Positions 1-17,129 of a DNA stretch of 64,000 nt are shown one piece after another; the stretch's first letter is position 1; the number at the start of each line of letters is the position of its first letter. Both the position numbers and the translations under genes were made by a program. The stretch is from assembly GCF_009914755.1 (NCBI RefSeq), contig NC_060926.1. The stretch is one strand, 5' to 3'. The stretch is from the human T2T-CHM13v2.0 reference genome, Homo sapiens. The notes beneath the pieces are model-generated. The model was not told the DNA's origin, did no database searches, and saw only the letters and a program-made list of their open reading frames with translations.

Positions 1-314
1 AACAGGCCTCAAACCAAGATGTTAAAAATGTTAAAATGATGGGAAATAGAGTTGACAGGTAAGGAAGTTTAGATGCATTTTCACCACCAAGTTCTTTCTC
101 TCAGGTTTTCTGGAAAGACATGTTGATGAAATTCTAATCTTAGACCCCCGGAGATTGAAATCCCTCATAAGCAAGAACTGACCTTCAGCTTTCTTTAATA
201 GGCTTCCTTACAGTTTTCCAAAGTAACTTAGGACAGCATGGTGAAGAACAGGAAAGGAAATTGTAGCTAAACACTCATAGGAACTTCAGTTAAAATGAAA
301 CTCAAAACAGTTCA

Positions 315-500
315 TCTATGTTACATGCCAGCACTGTGCTAAGCATTTTACATATTTTAGCTAATGTTCAAAGCAACTTTGTGACAGACATGAGCGTTTT
401 ATTTGTGAGAAAGCTGAGTTTAAGTACCTTGCCCAAGGTCAAACAACTAGTTAACAAGAGCTAGAATTTTACTACAGTCTAACTCCCAAATTTAAATTTA
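315..500 (-). mobile_element. MIR SINE fragment
   Basis: Reverse-complement MIR motifs ATGCCAGCACTGTGCTAAGCATTTTACATAT and CCTTGCCCAAGGTCAAACAACTAG. Confidence 0.7.
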
Positions 501-1802
501 TATCCACTATATTATATGACTACCAATCACTTTTCAAGTACTGATTTAAATAGGTGGGATTAGCTCTTTGGTTTGCCATGTGAAAGGAGGGATTTGGAGG
601 CATTATTTTCTTTTAGTTTATTTGTTCTTTTTGCAAAGTTATTTCTGCTTTAGAATGCTATTTGCATCAAACCATATGAAGAATGCTCATGAGGAGCATC
701 CAGTATTTATAACTAGGAAATAAGCTATAATTAACTACTTTATGGAAAAAATAACTGAATAGCTGTCTAAAGATTGGTCAATTCTAACTGATCAACTGGC
801 TAGTGATTTTTCTATCAGCCTAAAGTATTTACTATTCCCTTGTGTCAAATTTCATTCCATAAAGAATAGAGGGCTAGGCCTAACTGGAGAATAAATCTCA
901 GGCATGCATCATGAGAAATATAGATTTTATTTTATCTTCTACAAATAACTTGTCATGGAGGTGCCTGGAACTTCAGAAAAAAATTGGAGTTCTACAGACT
1001 AAAGTGCAGGTAAATTGGAAAAGTATAAACCCTTCCCTCTTTTTCTTTCAAACAATTTAAAATCCAAGTCATGTGCTTTTTGATTTTTAAAAAAATATAG
1101 ACCAGTCTGCAACTCCAAATGCCACAAAATGCCATAGAAATAAAAATGGATGGCTAACCTTTGAGGAAGTACTAACATGGCCACAATAATTCTGACCTTC
1201 ACCAGTTCAGTACTTTGATAACAGCTTTGTCATTCATTTATTTGGAGTACTTTTAAATATTATGTAATGGGCTAAAAAATTTTCTTGACCAAGCAGTATT
1301 TAATGGAGCAATACAAACAGGTATGTGTCCTATAAGATGATTATTTGATTAGTAAAATAAAAATTTTGAAAAGGCCGACTGTCAGAAGAAGAAATTGGAT
1401 ATAAAACACTAAACCAAATCAACCCACACCCTGATATTTATTTTCACATTCAGAAGGGAAAATCCGCTAATATCCAATTATTTATTTTCCATGTCAAAGG
1501 AGAGCTTTAGATTCGTGTTACAATTAACCGTATGGCATGATTCGTTGCAAACTATACTTTCTCTGCAATTTACTTGTAATTAATTTTCTTCTTTTTAATC
1601 TTTGGAAACTGGCTTTTGTTTCTGTCCCCCCCTTTAATTTATGTAATGATTGTCCATTGACTGCAGAATTATATTTGGGTGTGGCACATTAAAATGAGGC
1701 TGGAGTAATGTGTGTAGAGATATTTGTAATGTCTGCTTTCTACTTGAAGCTAGGTCATATAAATTAGAAACCATCCTAGATGACAGAAAAATCAACGACT
1801 AG

Positions 1803-1805
<3 letters not shown>

Positions 1806-1849
<44 letters not shown>
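1806..1849. repeat. (AT)22 microsatellite
   Basis: Perfect AT dinucleotide run. Confidence 0.98.
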
Positions 1850-1851
<2 letters not shown>

Positions 1852-3049
1852 CCTAAGCCACAGCAATATTTGCTGAAAACTCCAAAACAATTTCACTTTG
1901 AAGGGAACAATTTTCAGCTCAACTGAAAGTACAGCAAAAGGGTTAGGAAAAAGAAAAAGAGAAGGTGATTTGAAAAGAAACATGAAGTTGGTCATGAGCA
2001 GAATAAAAACTATTTAAGTAAATACCATATTTATTTTTTGGTGTTAAAGTGACAGTGGACCTTAGCCATATCAAGATTTTTTAAATTTTAAATTAAATAA
2101 TACGTTTATAAATAATAAAATCATACTGAAATCTCTAATTCTAATCCAAACCCATATAGATCTTCTTTGCCTTCCTCCATTAAATATGTGTATCTTCTTT
2201 ATCTCACAGTAAGAAGCTTTGCACTCAACAATATCAATGTATTTACTCATTTGCTCCATCTTACAATATAGGACAACAAACCTACCAAGTAAAAGTCAAA
2301 ATTGCTTTATGATTCCATGTCAAGAATTTGGGTGTCTGGATAACGTATTTTGAGGCTGAAAATGTTGCCAAACAGGCAGATTTCATCAGAAATAGATCTG
2401 GAGAGAACATACAGTTCTTTTTAGTTCCTGATTCATTCTCTTATCCAAAGACCCAGAAAAAAAACCAAAACAGGGAAATATATTTTTCCCTCTTAGTGGT
2501 TTTGGACTGTTTGCTATCTTTCTGTTAATATCAATTTAATGAAGAAAGTTAAACATTGAAAAAATATAATATGGTTATTTATTCCTATGTCTCTGTACAT
2601 GTAGTATTAAATATTCTGTAAGATGCTAATAGGAAAATTTCACAACCAAATACATATAGTAAATATTCAGTTAAGCATCTTTATAGTCACAGCAGAGACT
2701 CTTGGGATTCTTAACATATTAACATTCTAATAAGGTGGAGGAGAGAGTGGAAATGGGTACAAAGTCTCTTGATCCTAAAACTCTTTACTCAGGTAGTTTT
2801 CTTCAAAACACAAAGCAATTATCACAGTGTATGTTTTCACATTTACACAGTGATTTCATTAATATCTGCCTAGATGAATGCTCCAGGAAGGCAAGGGCTA
2901 AGTGTATTTTTCCTCATCATTTTATTTCCAGTGCCCAGCATAGTGCACTTTGGTCTAATTGCAATTTGGGGTCACCAGGGCTCAGGTCTCCATAATTCAA
3001 GTTTATCTAATCTATAATGTGTGTGTATGTGTGTGTCAGTTTTTTTATA

Positions 3050-4040
3050 ATGTTTGCTTTTTAAAATATATTGTCCTGTGAATTTTAACAGACCTATACA
3101 GCTGTGTAGGCATCACTACAATCAAGATGTAGAATATTTCCATTACACTGAAAAGTTTTCTTATGCTCCTTTATAATCAGTCTCAACACTTCTCCCCTTT
3201 GTCCCCTCCAGACAATCAACTGATACCTGATTTCTGTCTCTATCAGTTTGCCTTTTCTGGAATGACATGTAAATTGAATCATGCAATATATAACTTTTTG
3301 AGTCTGGCATATTTCTTCTAGCATTATGCATTTGAGATTCATCCACGTTGCTGCATGTATCTGCAGTTTATTCCTTTTTATTGCTAGTAGTATGCCCTTG
3401 TATGAATGTACCACAATTTGTTTTTCCCTTTTCTACTTGATGACATTTGAAATGTTGCGAGATTTTTGCAATAAGGAATAAAGCTGCTATAAATATTTGT
3501 GTACAGGTTTTATGTGAACTTATATCTTTTTTTATTTTGGGTAAAGACCTGGGAGTGGAACAACTGGGTCATATGAGAAGTGTATGCTAAATTTTTAAAA
3601 TATTAAACTACCAAATCATTTTCTGATGTGGCTGTACCCATTTGTGTTCCCACCAGCCATATGTGAAAGTTCTAGTTGTTCTACATCCTTGCCAGCATTT
3701 GCTATTGTCAGACTTTTTAACCCATTATGAGTATTCATATGAATATATGACACATGCTAATAGGTGTGTGGTGGTATCTCATTGTGATTTGAATTTGCAT
3801 TCCTCTGCTGACTGATAATTTTGAATGACGTTTGATGTGCTTATTTTCTACCTGCCTCAATTCTTTGATGAAGTGTCCATTTTACTTTGTTGCCCATTTA
3901 AAAAAATTTGGATTATTGTTTTATTATTATTGCAATTTGAGATTTCTTTACATATTCTGGTGAAAAGTCCTTTGTCATATATATGTTTTGCAAATACTTT
4001 TTCCCAGTCTGTGGCCTGTCTTTTCATTTTCTTAACAGTG
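3050..4040 (-). mobile_element. Old LINE-1 (L1ME/L1MB-type) ORF2 C-terminus and 3' end
   Basis: Minus-strand ORFs give KMKRQATDWEKVFAKHIYDKGL (ORF2 C-terminus) and AIKRNKLQIHAATWMNLKCIML (ORF2 end/3' region of L1M). Confidence 0.85.
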
Positions 4041-5939
4041 TACATTGTGTTTTTGACCCCAAATGACTTTTTTAGCCTATTGTTCCGTTGTGAATTGGAG
4101 AGAATAAACTAAGACCCTTTATACATGGAAGTGGCCTTTGTGTATCAGTATACATTATGCTTTCACTTTAATTCCATTTAAGGTCTATGAGAGTAAACTT
4201 TTAGGAGACAGAGTTGAGATGATTGCATCTACAGTCATTCTTCCTATTTCGAAACATGGCTTGTAGTACCATTCAATAAAAACTCAGATTGTATATCTAA
4301 CCTCTACCCAAATCATAGATGGATATGTGGCCAATCTTTTAAGATACAAACTTTGAAGATGAACCTACCTGGCCTCCCGGCTTCACCTTGATCCTCAGCC
4401 ACCAGTAGGATTTCTGTAGAGTGGTAAAAATAAAAGATAAGCAAGCTAGTGGATTTAATAATTCTCATTTTTAAATCAGTGGTCTGAGTATAAATCATTG
4501 TGAGACTTCACTCAAATTCTCTTGTGTCTCTAATATCACTGAACTAGGTAAAGATAACAAAAAAGTGGAGGGTGGAGGCATGGGCCTGGGGATAAATTCT
4601 CTAAACTTTATGGGACTTCGGGAGCAAGCTGTCAGGCTTCCATCTTCATTGTATTAACTGTAAGCAGTAAAGGCCTATATTTTGCTAAAAATATATATAT
4701 TCAATGGAGTGAGGTGGTGATATGTCATATGATAAATTTTATAAGTTTCAGATTTATTAGTGTGGGAAATTTTATTTGTTCTGTGGAAGTTACTTGCATA
4801 GGGCACATGGTATAGAAGAAAATGCGCCAGAATCTAGCAATCTAGGTCAAGGTCACTAGTATCTACCATTAATATTTGGAGCCTACCATAAATTGGACAT
4901 AAGGGAAGTAGAAATAACCTCTCTGAGTTATATTGTATAGCCAACAGAGGACGGATTGGAACAGAGGTATGTAATGATTCCTTAGACAGGCAAAATGGCT
5001 TTTCAGATATTGTTTTCCAGTAACAATATTGAATATCAGCATACCTAATCAACCAGAAGAGAAAATCGGTGATCTCGTAATGTCTAAGAGATAGGTACAT
5101 TTTAAGAGAGGAGCTTTGGTGTAAAAGTCCCATTGGCAAGGCCAGAACTTTTCTGAACAGGGATGAACTGGACATATTTGGCCTGAAGTTATTAAACTTT
5201 GGAATCATTTAAATAATTTTCCCTTGTTTTAATTTTGACGTCAGCCTATGGGCAGATAATTTATTCATCACATAGATGAGAGTTCCAGAGCACACAACTG
5301 TTTTATTTCTCATCATGAATTAATAAATATACACTCCATTTTCATACATGAATTAAGTTAACATGAGCTCATCCTAAAAAAGGTCCTCTATGGATTCATT
5401 CTCTTCTGTCATAATTTTATTGCTCTAACTATATAATATCCTCTGAACCTCTGAACCATTGTTTTATTAACATTTTTCTTTAAATTAACTCACTCCTTTT
5501 TTAAACTGAGCCTCAGATTAAAGATTAATATCTGAGGTCAGTGAACTAGTTATGTTATTTCCCTAAGACGCATTAGAATAAATTACTACAGAAATAAAAA
5601 TTTTTTGTGCATGGATCAAAAATTACCTTGCATGCCACACTTTGTAAACACTGCTTTATACCTTGGCAGATTTACAAATGTAATGCCACCCTGTGAGAAG
5701 CCAGCTGACCTTTTGTGGTGACACCAGCTCATTAAGTGCTTTTTGCATTTGAAAATTATGTACTAAATAATTACATGACTAACCATATCACACAATTGGT
5801 CTCTCTGGGCATTTTTTTCTTGGTATGTAAAATTAAGTATTTTCCAACTCTAAATGTTATGACACTAGACAAAACTATATGTGACATACATAGAAAGAAC
5901 AAGAAAGAGAACACAGACAATATTTGACCTTAGAGAATT

Positions 5940-6075
5940 GAATTGACCTCTCTAACCTCCATGTTCTTATCAGTAAAATAGGTGTACTAGTATAATTAGC
6001 ATCTCTGGGTTGTTGTAAGGATTAAATGAGATTAGATACACAAAATACACTTACCACAATGCATTAAATGTAGGC
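5940..6075 (+). mobile_element. MIR fragment
   Basis: CTTATCAGTAAAATAGG...GGGTTGTTGTAAGGATTAAATGAGATTA matches the MIR core. Confidence 0.65.
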
Positions 6076-6109
6076 ATATTGGTTAGTTATGCAGAAGATG
6101 AGGGAGTAG

Positions 6110-6975
6110 AGGAACAAGTTAAATGACATCCTGAGGAAACAACCAAACAGGGTTGATCTCTTCATAAAGTCAGTGTCATCCTTAAAAAATGTATGAAGAA
6201 GCTCATTGTTCTAGATTATGAGAGATTGTAAAAACTTGACATCCAGATTCAAGATGTCATCATTAATTAAATACAAGTTCTACAGAAATCAATTGATGAC
6301 AATTGTGAAATAATTGGAGACATTTTGGTAGTCACTGGGTATTATTAATTATTGTTATATTTGACAATTATTGTTAATTTTTTAGATACAGAAATGGCTG
6401 TACAAGATGATATTCTTGGTTTTAAGCAGTAAGTGCTGAAGGATTTTGGAGTGAAGTGTCATGATATCTGCAGTTTACATTGAAATTATTCAGCAAAAAA
6501 AAAAGCTAGATAGATAATTGAAAGATGGAATCATCAAATAGGGCAAAATGTTGATAATTTTAATCAAGACAGGGTGTATGGGTGCTTATTGTACCAAACT
6601 TTGTAATTTTCTGTATATTTGAAAATTATCATAATACAGACTTTGAAAGAATGATCCAAATGCATTGATAGGGAACAGATTCCAAGAAATACTGTAGAAC
6701 AAATATACCAAAATGCCAAGGAGTGTACAGAATAGTCCCATTGTGTACAACTTTCTTGCTCCTTATTTCTCTCCTTCATTCCTGCCTTCTTTCCTTTTCT
6801 TCCTATTTTCAAAGAATGAAAAAGAAACTATCAACCATCATTTATTTTTCAGAAGAGGAACTAGGATTGGGGGTAAAAAAAAGGGGGGGGAATTTTACTT
6901 TTCACTTAACTTTGCTCAATATTATTTGAATTTTTTACCATATTCATATGTTGCTTTAACTCTTTTTTAATGTTT
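6110..6975 (+). mobile_element. Very old L1 3' ends (L1MC/L1ME-type), probably two fragments
   Basis: GGCAAAATGTTGATAATT...GTATGGGTGCTTATTGTACC...TTTTCTGTATATTTGAAAATT is typical of L1MC/ME 3' termini; boundaries approximate. Confidence 0.55.
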
Positions 6976-7284
6976 AAATAAAAGTCACAACCAAATATTT
7001 TTAAGTTAATTATTATTAGCTATTTAGCCAAAATTATTAGTGTTTCTCTGAATGAGACTCTTCTTTTGAATAAACAGGGCATCATGTTCTGAAACCAATG
7101 ATTCTGTGCAGAGTGCCTGCTGAAGATGCTGATTTGACCATAAGGAAAACAAGGGTTGATCAGGACAAAACACCTGGAGAAGAGAAAAGTTTGCCATACA
7201 CACCTGCCATTCACATGAATAGAAGACATATTCAGATACCTGCTCTTTAGATTCTACAATTTGCCCTTTTAAAAACTCTAGATT

Positions 7285-7319
7285 AATGTTAGAGCTTTCT
7301 AAGATTTTTGTCTAGCAGG
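7285..7319 (+). pseudogene. Partial U7 snRNA copy (5' half), inverted relative to the neighbouring U7 pseudogene
   Basis: AATGTTAGAGCTTTCTAAGATTTTTGTCTAGCAGG aligns to U7 AGTGTTACAGCTCTTTTAGAATTTGTCTAGTAGG with several mismatches. Confidence 0.6.
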
Positions 7320-7343
7320 ATAACCCAATAGATAAGTATTTTT

Positions 7344-7403
7344 ATGGTTTTCTGGTGGAAACTGGAAAACCTGCTAGACAAATTCTAAAAGAGGCCTAAT
7401 ACT
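7344..7403 (-). pseudogene. RNU7-148P: U7 snRNA retro-pseudogene
   Basis: Reverse complement AGTATTAGGCCTCTTTTAGAATTTGTCTAGCAGGTTTTCCAGTTTCCACCAGAAAACCAT keeps the U7 Sm site AATTTGTCTAG (7374-7384) and a degenerate 3' stem-loop, followed by a short A tail. The U7 identity is seen in sequence; the symbol is recalled from the B3GALT1 locus and not verified. Confidence 0.85.
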
Positions 7404-7628
7404 AATCTGGATTTAAAAATTTTTTTTACTAATCTGGGTTCTTAATTAATTAATTAAAGTACAGATTGTTTAAATAGTCATGTTCACCCTCATAATGTAA
7501 TTTTAAAATTTTTTATTGGAATATATTTTTCTTAGTTGTCTTAGTTGAATAGTAGTTTTTTAGAATAGGATAACTACAAATACTAGCTTTCTTTCCTCTC
7601 TCTCTCTCTCACCTACCTCTCCTTTTCT

Positions 7629-11941
<4,313 letters not shown>

Positions 11942-12229
11942 CTACCTCATCTTTTCTAAAGAGATTAAAAAAGAAATTGAACTGAACTAAGTAATGAGCA
12001 CAGTAAAAGCAACTTTGTCAGCAGCTGAGGAGATTAAGACTCTCAGAGCAATATTAACTTTAACCATCACTGGTTCTACTCCTGCCTGGCAGGTGAGCAT
12101 GGCAGGGCAGGAGCAGAGCACCTCTGATAATGGTGAAATAAAGGGGATTAGTTTACCCCCACCTAGAAATTCAAAAGACCCTCTCTTCACCAAGCTGAAG
12201 ATATGCTCTGTAAGAAGGTAGGTACTCAG

Positions 12230-12866
12230 ACACTTCTACACTGTTGGTAGGAGTGTAAATTAGTTCAACCATTGTGGAAGACAGTGTGGTAATTCCTCAA
12301 GGATCTATAACTAGAAATACCATTTGACCCAGCCATCCCATTACTGGGTATAAACCCAAAGGATTATAAATCATTCTGCTATAAAGACACATGCACACGT
12401 ATGTTTATTGCAGCACTACTCACAATAGCAAAGGCTTGGAACCAACCCAAATGCCCATCAGTGATAGACTGGATAAAGAAAATGTGACATATATACACCA
12501 TGGAATACTATGCAGTCATAAAAAAGGATACGTTCATGTCTTTTGCAGGGACATGGATGAAGCTGGAAACCATCATTCTCAGCAAACTATCACAAGAACA
12601 GAAAGCCAAACACCGCATGTTCTCACTCATAAGTGGGAGTTGAACAATGAGAACACATGGACACTGGGAGAGGAACATCACACACTGGGGCCTGTCAGTG
12701 GGTGGGGGGCTATGGGAGGGAAAGCATTAGGAGAAATACCTAATGTAGGTGATGGGTTGATGGGTGCAGCAAACCAACATGGCATGTGTATACCTATGTA
12801 ACAAAACTGGACATTGTTCTGCACAAGTATCCCAGAACTTAAAGTATAATAATAATAAAAAAAAAT
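12230..12866 (+). mobile_element. 5'-truncated L1PA7-like LINE-1 (ORF2 end, 3'UTR, poly-A)
   Basis: Ends GTATCCCAGAACTTAAAGTATAATAATAATAAAAAAAAA; perfect 17-bp TSD AGAAGGTAGGTACTCAG at 12213-12229 and 12867-12883. Confidence 0.95.
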
Positions 12867-13224
12867 AGAAGGTAGGTACTCAGTAGTATGCCCTTATGGC
12901 TGCTCCCAGCTACCCTGATTAGTTAGTGCCCATGCTATTCCAGTTTGTTAGATATTTTGGCTCTCACCCATGTCTGCAGGAATATGTATGGGGAGCAAAT
13001 TCAGACACCAACTCCTGTTCTGAATCAAGATGGATTTCTGTTGCTTTCACTTCGACTTTGTGGTGCACGTATGTGGTGCTTAAGTGAAATAGAAGGGCTT
13101 GAAATCACTCTGCTACTCTTTAGGAGACTAAAACATCATGGGGATTCTTCTGTCACCAATGTTCTGACGGCCGCAGCACCAGCACCGTTATACTAATGCC
13201 CAGAGAAGTCAGATGCCTCTACCT

Positions 13225-13700
13225 GTTTTTTTTGTTGATACATAATATTTGTACGTATTTATGGGGCACATATGATATTTTGTTACATGCATAGAACATG
13301 TCATGATCAAGTCAGAGTATTTGCAGTATCCATCACCCTCAAGTACTTCTCATTTGTATGTGTTGGGAAGGTTTTAAGTCCTCTTTTCTAGCTATTTTGA
13401 AATATACAATACATTGTTGTTAACTGTAGTCACTCTACTCTGCTATTGAACATTAGAATGTATTCCTTCCAACTATATGCTTGTACTCATTAAGCAACCT
13501 CTCTTAATCCCCACTTCCATCCTCACACCCTTTCTAGTATTTGGTTACTGCCATTCCACCCTCTGCCTTATATGATCAATTTTTTCAGCTTCCACATACA
13601 AGTGAAAACATGCAGTATTTGTCTTTTTGGGCCTGGCTTATTTCAGTTAGTATAATGACAATCCATGTTGCTGCAAATGGCATGATTCCACTCTTTTTTT
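13225..13700 (-). mobile_element. L1MA-type LINE-1 3' end
   Basis: TTGATACATAATATTTGTACGTATTTATGGGG...GCTATTTTGAAATATACAATACATTGTTG is the reverse complement of an L1MA 3'UTR. Confidence 0.85.
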
Positions 13701-14699
13701 TTTTTCTTTTCTTTTGGATACATCCACTATTGACTCATTCCTTGTTTGTATGCCTCACCTCTCTGAAGTCTCTGCCCATAGTTGCTGGGCCAATAATAGA
13801 AACAAATTACAGAATACATCAATAGTAGTGGCTATAGTGAACAAAGCAGGAAGTCAGAATCAGCAAAGCTGCTTCCTTTGTCAACATTTGGCAAGTATTT
13901 GTCATGCACAGAACACTATATAATACTTCTTTGGATATAGAATAAGACCAATAAGTGGCATATTTGAAAATTCTAGCCCTGTAGATCTGCTATTGAAGTG
14001 AGCTCATGAATAGAGCAACCCAATGAATTTTAGTTAATCAATTTGAAAATTAAGCTCAGAGATCCATAATTTCATGAATATTTCAGTAAAGTTTAACTAA
14101 AATGTGTTTTAGGCTATTGTATGATATTGAAACATTTTCACCGTGAAGTAGCACTGCTAAAACAAACTAGCATTGGCATGGCAGTCATATTTCATAAATG
14201 AAAACACAGTTTAATGATATGACATTGTATGAACTTAAAAGAAAACTGATTTTTCAATGATCTTGTTTAAAGCAAGCTTTAATGTCCTTTGGCTTTCCAT
14301 AGTCAGCAGTCTGCCGTGTTTCATGTGTCACTGTACCACGCAGTGAGATTTGTGTTTGAAACTTCTTAAGTCAGAGAGAGGGAACTAAAAGAGAGAACAC
14401 ATACTCCAGTGACTCTAAGGAATGATCTGGTTGTTAGAGCTCAGAATAGGAAATTTTACCCAACATGCAAAATGTTAGTGATATAGGAACTGACACTTTC
14501 ACTTTTTGGAACAATAAATTTGATAATAACACTGGATCTATTAAGTTGTACAATTCTATTGTGTTTTTGTGCCTTCATTAAAAAAGAGGGGGTTAGGCTA
14601 TATTCATGGTAAATAAGAAAAAATTTAAATAGAATCTTATTGATGGTTTTCAAGTCTTTCTTGAATATCAAACTTTTAGTGTTAATAGAGTCCATTAAT

Positions 14700-14810
14700 A
14701 CAGTAAGAAGAGCACCAATCTGGGATTCTAGTTGCAACCCTGACATTGATTAGCTGTGTAAACTTGGGCAAATTACTTTTCTGGTCCTTAATTTCCTGGT
14801 TTACCAATTC
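14700..14810 (+). mobile_element. MIR fragment
   Basis: TAGCTGTGTAAACTTGGGCAAATTACTT core motif. Confidence 0.6.
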
Positions 14811-16459
14811 TGTCCCATCATTCTGTGCTTGTATTTTTTAATTCCATTGGCCTGCCTATGATGAGAGCAAGGAGTATGCTTAGTTAATACTTTCACAAGT
14901 TTGAACTTCTAATTAAGATGTAAGTTGTACATATGCTCAAAAATGATTAGAGGTAAAAAGTAGCCATAGGAGCTCAAATAAAAAGTATGCCTGTAATCTC
15001 CCCTTCTGGAACATACATTGTCTCCGGAAGAAATAAAGATAGAAAGTTACACATTATAAACCAGCATGGGTCGTTAAGACATAGAAAGTTACATAGTGTA
15101 AGCTATGATGGATCATTGTAAAATCCAGCCTAAGAAATGTCATGTTGCAAATTTGACTATTTCCACAGTACCCTCCTAGATGTCTGATACCTGGTTTGCC
15201 TGTGATTTGAGAATTAATCTACATTTTAGTAATGACTTTGTATTCTTAATCTAAATGTTGAAGCTTACAGAAGTCATTTATTTTTTAAATATCCAGTAAC
15301 CTGCAAAGATTCTTCAGTCCAAGCAGAAACACATTAAGGAAAGAAAGCCCATTCTTTTGGGTAACTCCTTCATAACTGTTATTCATAGTAAATTTTTTAG
15401 TAAATTGAAATTCTATATACCTTAATTTAATCCAGAAGCTTTATATTAGTGATTACTGGAGACTTAGACAGAGATACAGAGATGGACAATATTATGGCAA
15501 ATCAGCTCCCTTCTAACATATACTCATGCAAATAAAGTAACCTTGAAGCACCAATACACTAAATTTTTTTTTCTTTTGGTCTATCTGTGTGTAAATGATG
15601 TATCATTCCACAGATCCAGACAACAAAGCAGTCTGCTGCCATTGTTGATCAAAAGAAATAATTAAGTTGACATCCAAATCATTGAAGTATTAACTGGCCC
15701 CTGCATATGGTTAGCACCTCAATTCCATACTTCCTTGATGTCAAATCCCAAAGACCCTACCAGGAGGAATGATGTCACTTGTGAAAGTGGATCACAGAAA
15801 ATTTCTTTTGAGGTTATCTGGGACACATTGTAATTTGAGATGCTAAGAAAATTATTTTAAGATTAAATGATGGATTTGAATATTATTTGTCAGCACTGCT
15901 ACAGGCAATAGTTTTGTATAATATGATGTTCCAAATAACATCTCTGTAGATAACATTCCTTTGATCTAAGCAGTATGTTGTGAGATGTGCCAAGCAGTTA
16001 TAAAATATTTACTGACTATAGAAGATACTTTTTTTCCCTTAGAAAAAAAATTGATCTTGCATCCTCCCACTTCTATGAATGCTGCCTAAGGCTGTCACCT
16101 CAACTATTGCCTCAGAATTGGGAAAGTGTGAGCAGTGTAACACATTGTTCACCTTAACAGTAGTCCTCAGAGCCACCCCCATGCAATGGAGTTTTCCTTA
16201 GAGCACAGAGTTTTTCAGACAGATCTGTTGTAAATATTAATAACAGGTTACATATGTTTTTTCTTCTCTACTCTCATGAAAGGCCTTGGAATATATTTTT
16301 TTCTCTTACGGCTTTTATTTTTAAACTATCAGCTGCCTTGCTATCTAAAATTTTAATAAACTATGTCAAAAAGTCTTTAATTCACTTGTTTTACTGTAAG
16401 TTTGATTTTTTTTTCCCCCCTCAGAATCAACCCTCTGCATTAGCTGAGTAGATATTGTG

Positions 16460-16710
16460 CAGACCAGAAGTCTGCCATCGGACCAGGTATATCCCATAGC
16501 CTTGTTTATTTTACACTGAATAGTATTATTAAAAACATTGAATTGGATGCCAGCACTCTAAAAAATGAGGCATATTTCGCAGGAAAATTCTTGACTTCTG
16601 GCTTTTCTTTATTATGCCCCAGTCTTCTTATTCCAAAGCTTAAAACTGACTCATGGTGCTCATTTCCATTGCAGCCTGGTCTCTGTAGGCTTTTGAGCTT
16701 TGGACTTTCA
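16460..16710. mobile_element. MER102-like hAT-Charlie DNA transposon fossil
   Basis: Ends GCCTGGTCTCTGTAGGCTTTTGAGCTTTGGAC, resembling the remembered MER102 terminus; internal ATTTCGCAGGAAAATTCTTGACTTCTGGCTT. Confidence 0.5.
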
Positions 16711-17129
16711 ATCTAGACAGACAGAGCTATCATCCCATAAATGAACATTCGGATAAATTGTTGACTTAACATTTCATAAAATTTTATATATTGAGCTCAA
16801 CAATGGTCTGAATATCCTTGGGACGTTATACTTGACCTTTCTATCTATTCAAAGCCTACCTATCTATAAAAGCATCTCAAAATGAATCTCTTCCGTTAAC
16901 CTCTTCCTAATCCTACACCTAGTAAACAGTAATTGAGAAATTTGGGTGAGAGCTAAAATATAGAGGTTAAGAAATACAAAGTATGCTGTCAAAGTGCTTA
17001 TGGTTCAGCAGGAAAGACAGTTATCAGAAATAATAATTACAATTATCAGCACTATTTTAATAACCTCTATCTATGTGGAATATTCTAAGTGCTAGGCATA
17101 GTAATGTTTTACATGTCTATACCTGATAT

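Noticed and set aside
5511-5537. Hairpin CCTCAGAT...ATCTGAGG
   Set aside because: An 8-bp stem is expected by chance in 64 kb, and it lies in a probable DNA-transposon fossil.
7344-7403. Functional U7 snRNA gene
   Set aside because: The 5' pairing region and 3' stem are mutated, an A tail follows, and I see no snRNA promoter elements.
12088-12097. Donor-like CAG|GTGAGC between the two L1s
   Set aside because: No convincing upstream acceptor; isolated donor motifs are common.
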